A stretch of 63,912 nucleotides of DNA, the filler included, from Reclinomonas americana ATCC 50394 (lineage: Eukaryota): the NCBI GenBank assembly GCA_048213135.1. It is 17 parts of 17 records of this genome, joined end to end, with 100 filler letters (N's around TTAATTAATTAA, not from the genome) between each part and the next. Parts side by side here need not be neighbours in the genome. Positions count along the whole stretch, not along the records: positions 47,784 to 48,834 come from AFZH01023581.1; positions 48,935 to 50,397 come from AFZH01023583.1; positions 50,498 to 55,757 come from AFZH01023584.1; positions 55,858 to 62,717 come from AFZH01023587.1; 13 more parts are not named here. One strand, 5' to 3'. The notes beneath the pieces were generated by a model. The model was not told where the DNA came from. It worked only from the letters and a program-made list of their open reading frames with translations, and did no database searches. Position numbers and translations under genes: made by a program. Position 1 is the stretch's first letter. Every line of letters starts with the position of its first letter. Shown in pieces: positions 47,975-61,175 of this stretch.

Positions 47975-48934
47975 GCTATCTCTCTTCCCCTAAGTCTCTC
48001 AAAGAATCTCCTGCCTGCCTACCTGCCCTCAACCTCCTTTGCTCCCTCCTTCTCCTCTGCCTCGCTCTCCCACTCCCTTCTTCTGCATTCGCTGCGCCCC
48101 TTCATCTCGTCGCTGAATATTCTCCCTCATTCTCTCGCCCTCTTCATCTCTGTGCTGTCTGCTGTCACCACTCTTTCCTTTCTTCAAGATGAAACTCCCC
48201 TCTCCATCTCTCTAGAGTCTCCCTCGGTCGTCTTTCTGGCCCGTTGCTCCTCTCTCTCGCCCTCTCTCGCTCAAGTATCTTCTGCCTGCTTCACTGCCTT
48301 CGTTCTCCTTGCTCCTCCTCTCTAACTCGCTCTCTCTTCCCCTACTCCTGCCTTCGCTGCGCCCCTCCTTCTCGTTGCTGTATATTCTCTCTCTCTCTCA
48401 TCTCTCCCTCTCTCTCTCTCTTCATCCCAAGATGAAACTATTCTTCTCCGTCTCTCTCTCTCTCTCTCTCTCTCACACTCTCTTCTCGCTCATAATGTCT
48501 CTGGCCTGCTTCGCTGCCCTCATTCACCCCCCCTCTTCCTCTTTCTCTCTCTGTCACCAACTCTGTTCTCAGCTCTCTTCTCTGATTCTGGCTCACGGTG
48601 TCCCTTTCTGGCCTGTTACTCTCCCTCTCTCCCTCTCACGCACTCGCTCATAATGCCTTTTGTCTGCTTTACTGCAACTGTGTCCATTCTCCTTTCCCTC
48701 CCCCCTACCTCGCTCTCTCCCATGTATTGTGCTCTCTTCCATATTATCGCTGTCGTCTCCTTCCCTCCGTCCCTCTCCCTTCCCTCTCTCTCGCGCTCCC
48801 CCTCTCTTCATCTCTTTCTGTCTGCTCTCATTTTNNNNNNNNNNNNNNNNNNNNNNNNNNNNNNNNNNNNNNNNNNNNTTAATTAATTAANNNNNNNNNN
48901 NNNNNNNNNNNNNNNNNNNNNNNNNNNNNNNNNN

Positions 48935-49328
48935 CCGGCACCAATGCATCAAGGTTCGGAGAAGCACGTATTTCCTGTTTATTCTGATAGCAGATCCTTG
49001 TTCTCCGTCTTGCGTCCTCCAGGAATCACCCATTACCTGGCACCAGCGGCGCGTCGTTGCCGATGCGTGTGTGACGCGAAAACCGGCACCAATGTATCGA
49101 AGTCCGAAGAAGTACGTATCTTCTGTTTACTCTGAATGCAGATCCGTGCTCTCCGTCTTGCGCCCTCTCAGAATCACCCATGACCTGGCACCAGCGGCGC
49201 GTCGTTGCCGATGCATGTGTGACGCGAAAAACCGGCACCAATGTATCGAAGTCCGGAGAAGTACGTATCTTCTGTTTACTCTGAATGCAGATCCGTGCTC
49301 TCCGTCTTGCGCCCTCCCAGAATCACCC
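48935..49328. repeat. Tandem repeat, 148-149-nt unit, about 2.7 copies, running off the contig start
   Basis: CCGGCACCAATG recurs at 48935, 49083 and 49232. Confidence 0.93.
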
Positions 49329-50502
49329 TCTTGTTGCATCAATACGATCAGCCGTTCTCGAGTAGTGAGTGTGGATGTGAATCGTATATCTCCGCAATAC
49401 GGGCGCAGTTTCAGACACCGATCTTCACGACACTGTGACACTGTGAAGGAAACCTGGCAGAGGGCGCACTCACGTGATCGTGGCGGGTGTGTATGTGAAT
49501 GTACGGGCGACGACGTCGCTGCCCGAGAGAGAGAGGAGACTGACTTTGAATGCTGGCGCCATCTTTGTCCCCCTTTTGCCCACACTCTCCCTCTCTCCCT
49601 CTCCCTCTCTCACTCAGCCTGCATGTGTATGTGCATGTGCGTGTGTGTGTGCGTGTGTGTTGTAAGAGAGAGGAAACTGACTTTGAATGCCATCTGTCCC
49701 TCTCTCTCTCTTACACACACTATCCCTCTCTCTCTTGATCTCTCTCTCTCAGTCTGCATATGCTTGCGTACGTTTGCGTGTGTGTGTGTGTGTGTGACTG
49801 TTACGCAGACGTATCCCACGCGCCACAGCCTCGCAAACTCAGAGATGCGCGACAGTACTGTCGACACTGAACACATACACACATGCACAAACATGCAACA
49901 CACACGAGCGCGCTCCGCTCTCAGCATCTGCTCCCTACGCCACTCCTGTCCATTCTTGTGCACTCGCAGCGCCCCAACGGCACCATTGCGATTGGTGGTG
50001 ATTGTACACGAGAGCGTTGCAACGGCGCCAACGAGCAGAAAAGCACCATCGTGCTGCAGCCACTGTTTGCTCGTTGATTCATGTCATCTCCCTTGTGCAC
50101 TGTCGACCACACACGCGCACACGTTGCTTCGACATCACACCCACTCACAGGAACGAGAGAAAGAGTGATGCGTTCCGATCAACGCCGTTTTGTCCCAGGA
50201 CGTAAAGTGGTCGTTGGCGCAGTGAGAGCGCGCTTGGTGGGCATGTGTGCTTTGTTCCGTCGTCTGCCGTCGCTGCCGTGTATGCGGAAACGCGCGCTGT
50301 CGCAAGGTTGGTGGACTGGGGTGGAGTCGGGAGAGAGTGGGACTTGTCGCGATCAGAACGCACAAGGGAACAGTGGGAAGAGGGAGACCGAGCGTGTNNN
50401 NNNNNNNNNNNNNNNNNNNNNNNNNNNNNNNNNNNNNNNNNTTAATTAATTAANNNNNNNNNNNNNNNNNNNNNNNNNNNNNNNNNNNNNNNNNNNNGCT
50501 CG

Positions 50503-51125
50503 AGGGGGAAGGGAGGGGGAAGGGAGGGGGAAGGGGAGGGAGGGGAGGGGGAAGGGAGGGGGAAGGGGGAGGGAGGGGAGGGGAAGGGAGGGGGAAGGGA
50601 GGGGGAAGGGAGGGGGAAGGGACGGGAGAAGGGAGTGGAAAGAAGGGGGAAGGGGAAAGAGAAGGGGAAAGAGAAGGGGAAAGGAGGGAAAAGAGCAAGG
50701 TGAAAGAGCAAGGGGAAAGAGGAGGGGAAAGAGAAGGGGAAAGAGAAGGGGAAAGGAGAGGAAAGAGCAAGGGGAAGGGAGTGGAAAGAAGGGGGAAGGG
50801 GAAAGAGCAAGGTGAAAGAGCAAGGGGAAAGAGCAAGGGGAAGGGAGGGGAAAGAGCAAGGGGAGAGGAGTGGAAAGAAGGGGGAAGGGGAAAGAGCAAG
50901 GTGAAAGAGCAAGGGGAAAGAGAAGGGGAAAGAGAAGGGGAAGGATCAAGGGGAAGAGGGATAGAGGGAAAGAGTCAAGGGGAAGAGGGATAGAGGGAGA
51001 GAGAAGGGGAAGGGAGGGGAAAGAGCAAGGGGAAGGGAGTGGAAAGAAGGGGGAAGGGGAAAGAGCAAGGAGAAAGAGCAAAGGGAAAGAGAAAGGGGAA
51101 GGGAGGGGAAAGGAGGGGAAGAGGA
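50503..51125. repeat. Purine/G-rich minisatellite (GGGGGAAGGGA, then GGGGAAAGAGCAA units)
   Basis: Direct inspection. Confidence 0.9.
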
Positions 51126-51338
51126 TCTAGAGGGACGAGTGGAGGAGAGTGTGGGAGATAATAAGAACAGAGAGAGAGAGAGAGATGAGGGGAGATTGTG
51201 CGTCGAGATGAAGCGAGAGAGAGAGAGAGAGAGATGAAGAGCTGCGAGGCAGAGTCGGCGACGAGTGATGAACGGAATGTGAGCAGGGTGAGGGGGAGAT
51301 GATGCAGAAGTGCGTCGACGTGAAGCGAGAGAGAGATG

Positions 51339-51380
<42 letters not shown>

Positions 51381-51846
51381 TGTGAGGCAGAGTCGGCGGC
51401 GACGAGTGATGCATATGAACGGAATGTGAGCAGGGTGAGGGGGAGATGATGCAGAAGTGTGTGGGCAGTGAGAATTGGTGGTGACAGGGGGGGGGGAGGA
51501 GAACAGTGGCTCGTATACAATGGAGAGGTGATGGAGAAGAGGCACACTAGCCAGCTGATGTCGATGAAAGGAGAGAGATAACAGCGGCCTACTGACCAGG
51601 CATTCAAGGGGCGAGGAGGGAAAGGGAGGTGAAGGGCGAGTGAGACGATAGAGCGAAGGAGGGGGGGGGATTGAGAGGCGAGGGAGTGAGAGAGGGGGTG
51701 AGGGGAAAGAGGAAGGAATGGTACAGCGGGGGAAATGCGGGTGAGAGAGAGGGGAAAGAGGACAAAGAGGAATGAAACGGACAGTGGGGGAAAGAGAGAG
51801 AGAGAAGAGTGTGAGAGAGGGAGACGGGGGAAATTAAGGTGAGGGC

Positions 51847-51879
<33 letters not shown>

Positions 51880-52376
51880 CAGAGAGAGAGACAGAGAGAG
51901 AGAAAGGTGGTGAAAGTCAGAGATGCCAGGGGAGATGGTTGTAGAAGGGGAGCGACGACGATTGCTTTTTGGTCAAGTGACCGATGAAGGGTGGGTTGTG
52001 GAGAGTAGGGAGATGGTATGGGAGGGAGAAAGACGGATAGATCCCCCGGTATGAGTCGTGTTTTTGGCGTGTCTCCAGGTGTGTGCGTGGCATGTGATTC
52101 GATGTGCGTCTGGTTGGGTGTGAGTGAGGGGAATCGTCAGAGCAGAGGTGTGTTGTATGTAGTGGTACGGTCTTCAGGTGATTGTGAGTTGAGTGTCGGC
52201 CGGTTCGGTGGTTCGATGACCGTGCATGCATGAAGCAGCATCATTTATACAGTGTGTTTTACCAATGAGAAGCAATGTAATCAACGCGAGTGATGGTTTC
52301 AATGCGTATTACCGGTCGAGTGACACACACACACACACACGCATGAATGATGTACACGCACACACACACGCAAAAG

Positions 52377-55300
52377 TCATCGAGAGTCTGCAGGCAAGCG
52401 TGCAGCCGATGGTAGTGGGACCGGTGCATGCGCAGGAGGAGGGGGCGGCCGCATGCGCGGCAAGGGGCGCCCCATGGCGTCCATATTACCGTCGTGATCC
52501 GCCGCAATGAGCTGCAAATGAAGCAATGTTCTGTTGGCGGCATCTCGCTCCGCCAGCATTCGCTGGTGCACATCGTGTGCCGCAGCGGACGCCTCTATTG
52601 CGACTAGATAGATCCGTTCGATCGCCGCACGTTGCCTACATATGAGAACAATGAGCCACGAGCTTCAATGTTGACAAGAGAACAGAAAGACTGCAAAAAA
52701 CGCACAAGTCGTGTTGCTGAAGCACATAGTCTCTTTGCTGGGCAAGCCCCCCTGCGCAGCGTACGCACAAACGAACTGAGATCTCCGGAAGGGACTGAGA
52801 TCAAGAGTGGACAGGGTTGGACGTGTACGCACTCATATTAACATTGATTTCCATCCTCCTCGAGCTCTCTGCAGGTCGTCCACACTGCACCGCAGCATCA
52901 ACGTTGGCGGGCCGCAGGTACGCAGGCATATGCGGATGCGGTCGTCGGCCGGCTTGCGGTGAGCCGTGTGTGCACACGTGGCGTGCAGGTACCGGTGCGC
53001 TCATGACTTCAGAGTCAGATGACTCCTGGCTCAAACTCGGCGCCACTTCCGCTCGCCGTTTCCGTAGTCGATGACGCTGATCGTTGTGCACCGCTACACG
53101 GCCAGCTGCTGCGCCCTCTGTTTGATAACAATTACAGCAACGAGGCAGCAGTGAGCGAGGTGCTGAACATACGTCAGAGGATATTTGAGAAAGAAACTAC
53201 CAACATACCGAGACTGATGCTTGATGCCTCGGACTCCTGTTCCACAGTCCGCCGTCGTTTGCGCGGTGGGCTTGCCGCTGCGTCCCGACTATCGCCGTTA
53301 CGCTCACGCCGCCCACTATTTCTAGCCTCCGACGCAACACACGACAATTGGCGCCTCTGGCTATGACACTGGCGTGCATCCAGCGCAGCTGCAGGCGCCT
53401 CCGTTGACGCAGATGCCGGCGGCGAAGGACGCGGTGCCGGCATCGTCACCGACTGCTGCGTACGTGTCGTCGCCACTGGAGTGGCGTCACCGGCACCATC
53501 CGAATGATGAGGCTCACTCTGTTCCTCATCCTCGTCAGAGGGGCAGTGTGCATCGGCCGGTGCTTGAGTTGTCGGAGCCACAGCCTTTCCACGACGAGAT
53601 GTGTCGGTGGTAGTACGGGGCCGCGCAGCTGTGATGGTGGTGGTGGAGTCTCTTGTTCCGGCAAGGGTGCTACGATCTGTCGGGCACCTGCTATCGCTGT
53701 TGGCGACGTCGTCGGCGCCGATGTCGGGCACATTTGCTGCAGGCGATGCTGCGACAGAAGAGAGTGTGGGTGATTCTCGCTTCGACTCGGCCGCTGCAGG
53801 CAGCGGTCGAGTGTCACTCCCGGATTCAGACTCGGATGAACCGTGTGCGACAGCGCGATCCGCATTGTCTTGGTCATCGTCATCGGTCAACACCCGGCGT
53901 AGACGCCTCGGCGGCGGCGGTACCGGTGGCGCGGGTGATATGATTGTTTCGCCAGCACTGGTACCGGCTGCACCATTCGATGTCGGTGTCACCCGACTCG
54001 CGACCGACATCGGCATCTCCACCAGCTGGCAGCACGGGGGAAGTAATTCACGCCGAGCATTGTAGAGACTGCGGAGAGAGAGAGAGAGAGAGAGAGGAAG
54101 AACAACATGTACAACTCGGGTGAGTGAATCATGCATGGCAAATCACTAACACGCACTAAAATAACACGCATAGGCGCGCAACTGCCATAGAGCACTGAAT
54201 GCATCTTTGGCTCCCTTGACAGACTTGTAGGCGGTGCCTAGGTTCAACGACTCGCACATGGCTACCCGTCGATCCAGAGTAAACCAACGCACGTTCGCGC
54301 AGTTCAGAACCGCCCAATGTACGACATGAACCGCATCTCGCTCTCTATCACTTACTGTGGTTGAGTAGGAGTTCGTTGGTGACAGTGTCGACAACACGAT
54401 CGATCGAATGGTAGCTCACCGACTTGACAGTCACTGATGATGGAGAATAGGTCAATTGTGTAGATGTTCTGCATTGATGATTGGAGAAATGCGGATGAAT
54501 CCAGCGGTAGCGGTCGCCGCTCCAATTCAACCTTGAGCTGATCTGCACACGTATTATCATCAACAACAAGAAAGAAAGAATGATAGCAACAACAAGTCAC
54601 GCACCCCACGGCTTGATCTGATGGGCCTTGCAGTCATGCGCGCCTGCGGCGAGATGTCGCTCGCGCTGCACGTCAGACAAAGGAACATGCGTGAGTGGTC
54701 AAGCGCTCACCATGGCCACTCCCACACACCGTTGAAAACAGGCACGAACGAACCGACTCGGCATCACCGCCAATGACCCCTTTCCAGTCGTTTGTGGACC
54801 GCAAGATAAGAAGGTCACGCTCCTTCTTATATGTTTCGATCACGTCCGCCGACTGATCCTGAGATGCCAGTCGCGTCAGGGTGATATAGAGCTGTCGCAG
54901 TGCCGACTGCCACTCCTCTGGAAAGGATGACAGCGCACCACTCGAAGACAAAATGCGACACCAGATGCCCATATGCTTAAGCACCGATTGGAACCACCGC
55001 TCCGACTGCCGAATAGTGAAGCACGCAGCTTCGTAGCAATAGATGACATCCACACTGTCCTCACGGGTACCATCAGATGAAGAAGTCGGTGCAGGCAAAT
55101 CCGAAGAAAAGGTGCAGTACTTGGAGTCTTCAATTGCATGTAGAAGAAAAGCGCTGAGCCAGACATTCACAAGATAATGCATGAGCACGAAGAAACACAT
55201 ACCTGAGTCAGCGAACAGTGTGCTACGTGTGAACGGCGCCATGGCCATGGATTGCCGCTTGTCGTGATCCAGCACGTGGTCTTCGGCATCTCCATTCCAC

Positions 55301-55398
55301 AGGATGTTTTGAGCACCAGGAAAGGTTGCGCTACTCATTAGCGTGCTCAAGATGGCAAGTCGGCCGACGAGAATGCCAACCTGCGCGAGAGTGAGCAA
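52377..55398 (-). CDS. Multi-exon gene of unknown function (boundaries approximate)
   Basis: Long minus-strand open segments (54673-55398, 53174-54136) with GT-AG introns; no recognisable domain. Confidence 0.4.
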
Positions 55399-55487
55399 GT
55401 GCGCGCGTGGCGGACAAAGGGGGAAGGGAAGGAGGAGGGAGGGAGGGGGGAAGGGGAAGGGGGAAGGGAGGGAGGGAGGGAGGGAGG

Positions 55488-55757
55488 GAGGAGGAGGAGG
55501 AGGAGGAGGAGGAGGAGGAGGAGGAGGAGGAGGAGGAGGAGGAGGAGGAGGAGGAGGAGGAGGAGGAGGAGGAGGAGGAGGAGGAGGAGGAGGAGGAGGA
55601 GGAGGAGGAGGAGGAGGAGGAGGAGGAGGAGGAGGAGGAGGAGGAGGAGGAGGAGGAGGAGGAGGAGGAGGAGGAGAGGAGGAGAGGAGGAGGAGGAGGA
55701 GGAGGAGGAGGAGGAGGAGGAGGAGGAGGAGGAGGAGGAGGAGGAGGAGGAGGAGGA
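55488..55757. repeat. (GGA)n microsatellite at contig end
   Basis: More than 80 near-perfect units. Confidence 0.97.
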
Positions 55758-55857
55758 NNNNNNNNNNNNNNNNNNNNNNNNNNNNNNNNNNNNNNNNNNN
55801 NTTAATTAATTAANNNNNNNNNNNNNNNNNNNNNNNNNNNNNNNNNNNNNNNNNNNN

Positions 55858-56428
55858 GCACGCACACACGCATGCTCTGTGTATGTGTGTGTGTGTGTGT
55901 TCAAACGCACTGTCTGGAAGAAGCGCTGCCAGTCGGCGCTGTGGTGCTTCTTGTAGAAGCCGACCACAGTCAGTACAATGCTGTTGGATGCCGTCGGCTG
56001 CACGTCAAAGCCTACACACACTGTGTAAGAAGAACACAAGAGCATGCCCTCAGTGTGTGCGCTCCGTCATCGCAACTGCTAATGACCACGCGATGGAAGT
56101 CGCTGCGGTGCTGCTGAATCACGCTCTGCACCGCCTGTGACAAGTCACTGTGAGAGACGCGCGCACACACACAGAGAGAGAGCAAATAAGACTGACCGCG
56201 TGACCCGAGCCCACATCAAAGCCCATGTCTGGGTCTTGTCGGTGCGACACATACGCGTTCTCATCTGCATTTACACACACAGAGACACACATTAAGCGCT
56301 CTCAACTCAACTCCCCCCTTTCGCACTCAGTGCATACCATACATGGGCACCACACTCTGTGCATCCTCGCACAGCGAAGTGTAGTACTTCTTCACAAACG
56401 CGGACGCCACCCTGCCTGACTCGGTCAT
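55858..56428 (-). CDS. NTF2-domain protein (NTF2/G3BP-like), 3' truncated
   Basis: Spliced MTESGRVASAFVKKYYTSL…VVPMY-DENAYVSH…FDVQPTASNSIVLTVVG…WQRFFQT. Confidence 0.82.
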
Positions 56429-56625
56429 TTTTTTCGCTGTTTTTTTCTTCTCAAATAATAGAGTTTATCTCGTCAAAAGCCGTTGCCCTGCTCAAAAAGA
56501 AGAGTCAAGAGAAAGAGAGACCAGAAGAAGAGGCCGCGCTCGTGTGAGTGAGTTTTTTGTAAGAGGTACAATGCGAGACAGAGCGAGCGCGGTTGGCCTA
56601 TTGTCTCACACACAAACTTGCAACA

Positions 56626-56878
56626 ATGGACGCTGGCGACGTGATTGCGCTGATTCTGGGTGCGTGCGCGCGTGTGTGTGTATGTGTGTGTGCATGCAGC
56701 GAGAGAGCAAGCGAGAGAAATGCGCGTGTGTGTGTGATCTTCCGGGGGTTTGTGCGCACATGTGCGCGACATTTTCCCCGCGCGCTCACTGTTGTGCCTT
56801 GCTTGCACAGGCCTGACATTGCTCATCATCATTGTGTTTGCGATTCTCGGATGGATCGCGCGCAGACGAGGCAACTAA
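56626..56878 (+). CDS. SMIM30: SMIM30-like 33-aa membrane microprotein (exons 56626-56659 and 56811-56878)
   Basis: MDAGDVIALILGLTLLIIIVFAILGWIARRRGN-TAA aligns with the recalled SMIM30 core EAGDAIALLLG…LGVYARKR. Intron GTGCGT…GCACAG. Confidence 0.8.
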
Positions 56879-57206
56879 GAAAAGAACGTGCGCGCGCAAG
56901 ACAACAGTGAGAGAGACTTGTTTGTGCGAGCAGGGCGGTGGTGGTGGTGGTGGTGGTGGTTGTCGTAAGCATTAACTCCCCATTTTGTGAATGACTTGAG
57001 TGTGTGAAGTTGAGAGTGAATGAGTGAGTGAGAGGTTTTCTCTTTTTATTGTGTGCCGTGTTTTTTCTTGTTTGCTTGATGCACATCATGCTTGTGTGAT
57101 TGTGTGCGTAAACGAGCATCTCTTTTTGTGTGTGTGTATGTGAGTTGGTAAGGGTTTTGTTTTGCATTCTTGTTTTTTCCGCATCACATTGTGAGTTGTG
57201 CTGCTG

Positions 57207-59626
57207 CTAGTCGGATTTCAGATCGCGGAAAATCTTGTTGACAAAGACGTAGGCCGCGAGGAAGCACACGGTGCCTGTGGAGGGAGTCAGTCACTTGTCA
57301 GGAGATGCATGCATGCTGTTGTGCTCTCACCGCAGAGGATGCCGGCGCCAATGGCAAACAGTCCCATGTAGCCGACGTAGAAGAGCGTCTGCAGGAAGCC
57401 CGTCATGCTGGTCTTGAAGAGGAAGTAGTAGAGCGAGTAGCAGTAGACGTAGAGGCCGGTCATTAGGCCCGATCCGAAACACGTCCTGTGTGTACACGTG
57501 AAAACCCGGCAAAGACAAGGGAGACAACAAAAAAGCGTGCCGGCAAACCATGGCCACCGTGGATCTTCGGAGTTGAGCTGCAGATACGTGAGCACCACGC
57601 TGGTGCAGGCGGCTACCACAATGAGCATCCCGTACACCACCAGCATCACCTGCGCGCAACGCGACAATGCTCAGCGAGAAAGCAAAAAGAGGGAAATGGC
57701 CACCATAGACTCACGCTGAACAGATAGTAAAACTTGTAGGCCCAGAACGAGGACAGGATAAAGTACATCTCGATAAAGATCGACCCGAACGGCAGCAGAC
57801 CACCGACCACCATCAGCGTGGTGCGTCGCAGGAACCACGGCTGGTGCACGTGCCGCTTGTGCTGCGGTAATGGTTGTGTTCGGATTGGCTCCACGGGGTG
57901 CTTGTGCTCAACGTTGCGCGAGCGGCCGACAATGAAGCCGACCGAGGTTAGCGGCAACGAGATCAGCGCCCACAAGAAGAACACAATCATCTGCGCAACG
58001 TCGTTAGTGCTCTCTCTCTCTCCCTTCACCAGAACATGCAATGTGTACACAGTACCATGGTTCCGAACGGGATGGCACTCAGTGAGCCGTAGAATGTGGC
58101 CACCAAGTTGTACGTCACAGCCACGGCGGCGGCCATGCCTGGATAGAGCGCGGCGGTCACCAAGATGGCCTCCAGACGCGAAAAGTCGGGATTGGGGAAG
58201 CGCGCCGAGAAGCTGCCGGAACCGTAGCCGGCCACAAACGACGTGAACCCAAAGCCGATTACGAAGGCCGACAGCACTGACCCGCGGCTGCGTCACCCCC
58301 AGGGGAACACGGGGTGAGTCGACACGCATGCTGAGACAAAACAGGAGGCAATCGGGCGCGCACCGAGCGTACTGCTTCGAGGCCACCAGGCCGACGAGAA
58401 TGACGACAAACACAATGAGAATGAGCTGCATGCCGGTGCCAATCAGTGCACCCAGAATCGTCATGTTTGGTGGCGTGCGGAAGACGTCGCGCGACACTTG
58501 CTTCCAGCCAGAGTCGTCGCCAATCTTGTCAAAGTGTCCGTCCTCAGAACTGCCCAGCTCGGTGTCCAGCAGCCCGTTGGAGGCGCCGTCACGCTGATAC
58601 CGCGCGATATCTCTTCGCAGCGTGCGCAACATGACCATGGCCACCAGACCGGCCAGGAACAGCACCATCATCATCGAGTTGAAGATGCTGAACCAGTGGA
58701 TCTGCACGACACCAGTCAGACGCACGCTGCTGTTGACGGCACCGCACCGCTTGCTGCACACATGTACCTTGTGCTCGAAGAATGCCTCATCGTTGTAGCG
58801 CTCTCCACGCCTCTCGAACACCGTGTCGGTCTCGTGCCACCGCACCGCGTACGAAATGCGGAACGAGTCGAGGTTGTCGACATCCTCCGGCTGCATGGTG
58901 GTCAGGTTGGCCTCGATGATGCGGAAGCCGTTGTAGGCCAACGAGAAGTCCAGGTGCGTGTACAGGTACGCCTTGTCGGCCTTGCCATCGTACTCGCCCA
59001 ACAAGGCCCACACCGGCAACTCGTCTGCATGCATACGAACATGTGTGAGAAAGAGAAAGGGCGGATCCCCGCGCTGCGTTCCCTGCCCCTTCGCACCAAT
59101 CGTAAAGTGATAGACGTACTGCTCGACAATCGCATCATGCAGCATCTCCTGTGTAGTGCGCTGCAGCGATCCCATGGTCGAGGCCAAGAACACCGGATCC
59201 TGCGTCTCCTCCTTGAAAAGGACCTTGAATGGTGACTCGATCAGCTCATTCCCTTCCAGTGCCTCGCCCAGTGTCTGGTACTTGGTCTTCATCTCCATGG
59301 GCGGCTGGAACGGCAACGAGTACAACGAGTACGTCTCTTGCGGATTGTGCACAGGACCGATCTTGTTCGCCCACACAATCACCTCGTCGCCATCAGCATA
59401 CTGCACACACACACACGCACACACAGAGGGAGGAAGAGAGAGAGGAGGCACGGGATGAGCATTGCTATTGACACGTGTGTGTATGTTTGAGAAGCGCGCG
59501 CGCGCGCGCGGGAATCACCGAGTGATTGTTCTCGTCGGCATGCACATGTGTGAGGAAGAGCAGGAGCAGCACAATGAGCAGTGCAAGTGATGCGAGTCGC
59601 CGCCACCGCACTGCAGTGGCGTTCAT
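57207..59626 (-). CDS. TM9SF3: Transmembrane 9 superfamily (nonaspanin/EMP70) protein, TM9SF3/1-like
   Basis: Signal peptide, NKIGPVHNPQETY..YSLPF, IHWFSIFNS, GWKQVSRDVFR, GLLPFGSIFIEMYFI, C-terminal LKSD-TAG (KxD motif). Confidence 0.93.
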
Positions 59627-59702
59627 GGAGACAGCAACGAAGGGACGAAAACGAACTTGCGCGACGTCCGTCTCTTCACTTCAACAGCAACGTCGACACA
59701 TT

Positions 59703-61045
59703 CTATTCGGCGGCAGCAGCTGCTGCAGCGGTGGGTGTACTCGACGACGAGGCTTGATCTGTACACGACAATAAGTGAGTTATCAGGCTCACAACTTCGC
59801 CGTGGCACATGCAGACCTGAAGCTGACGCTTGCGCCTCGGCCTCGGCCGCTCGTTTCCGATCAATGTAGGCCTGCTTGACTTCGGCCAGTGGCAAGTACC
59901 ACGGGTCGGTCATGCCTGTGCGAAAGCGGCGAGGGCGATGAGCCAACACGTAGCGAGGAAAGAGAGAGATTTTGTTTCGATATTTACACACCGGCTTCGT
60001 GGCGCGCTTCGTCGTTGAATGGTGGCTTGAGACCTGTGCATGTGCGTTGAGCGTACACTCGACTGTCGACGACTGTCGATCGCTCTCCACGCAACTGCCG
60101 TAGAATCGCTCGCAGACAAAGCTGTAGAACAGCTGGAGCTGGTCGTCAAGCGCCTCATGGCCGCACAGCCGCGTGAACCACTTCATGCCGGCAGTCACGT
60201 GCGTGATCTCATCCTGCCCAACGGCGAGTGAGCACACAGCATGATATAAACGCACACCTCCCGCGTTCACCTTGTGAATCGCCTCGAGCATCTCCGCGCT
60301 CTCCACATCGCCCGCCGACCGGAACTTGGCAATCGTCGCCGGCGTCACATCCAACCCACGCGCCTCATGCGTCAGATGCACAATCGCCAGCCGCGCCAGC
60401 AGCGAGTCCGCCGTACTCTCCGCACTCTCCCACAACGCCTGATGCACCGGCAGACTCCCATATCCCACTCGCCCGCCCGCTCCCTCCGTCATCTCATTCT
60501 CCAGCTGAATCGCCGACAAGCGCTCGTGCAGCATGCGGAAATGCTGCTCTCCTCTTTCATCAACGACAACAACCACAACAGCATAGACAGCACAAACGCA
60601 CGCTGATATCGACGACGAACCCTGCTCTCATCATGCGCGACCTTGACCCAATCATCGAAAAACTCTCTCGGCAACTCCTGCTGCTCGACAAAACGCGCGA
60701 CGATGTCCCACGACAAGTCCATGGCCCACGACTCAATGTGCGCCAACGAGTGCAACATCGCACACCGGTTCTTCACGTTGCCAGCGGCCGAGCGCTTGGG
60801 CGTCTTGCCCGGCGCCACCACCTCCACATCCAGTGGACGCGCAGGCGACGCAGGCACTGGTGTGTCGCCCACAGGCAACGTGCCTGTTCTCCATGCCGCG
60901 TACGCTTGATCCGTCAGCACAGCCTACGCGCTTGTGTAAGTGGAGAATGCATGCACCACGGACGGAGGTGTGAGAAAAGAGACACCTTTTCAAAGACATT
61001 GTGCTCCGCGAGGATGCGATGCGCCCACTCTGTCAGTGTGCTCAT
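59703..61045 (-). CDS. DUF455 ferritin-like di-iron protein (multi-exon)
   Basis: LHSLAHIESWAMDLSWD, FFDDWVKVAHDESR-HF, HEARGLD, DEITHV, LKPPFNDEAR..AGM. Confidence 0.92.
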
Positions 61046-61175
61046 TGGTGGTGACTGTGATGAGGAGTGTCTCAGCAGCACGCGCAGCATCAGTCAGTGT
61101 GCGCGGGGGAGGAGAGTACAAACCAAACAGTGCATGCATGAAGACAATGTCGCATGCTCGCCACGCACAGACACA

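Noticed and set aside
48935..49328. CRISPR-like array
   Set aside because: Whole 148-nt units repeat with no unique spacers, and no cas genes are present.
59623..59626. Bacterial-style ATGA stop/start overlap between DUF455 and TM9SF
   Set aside because: That stop belongs to an unspliced ORF; the spliced DUF455 ends at TAG 59705-59703.
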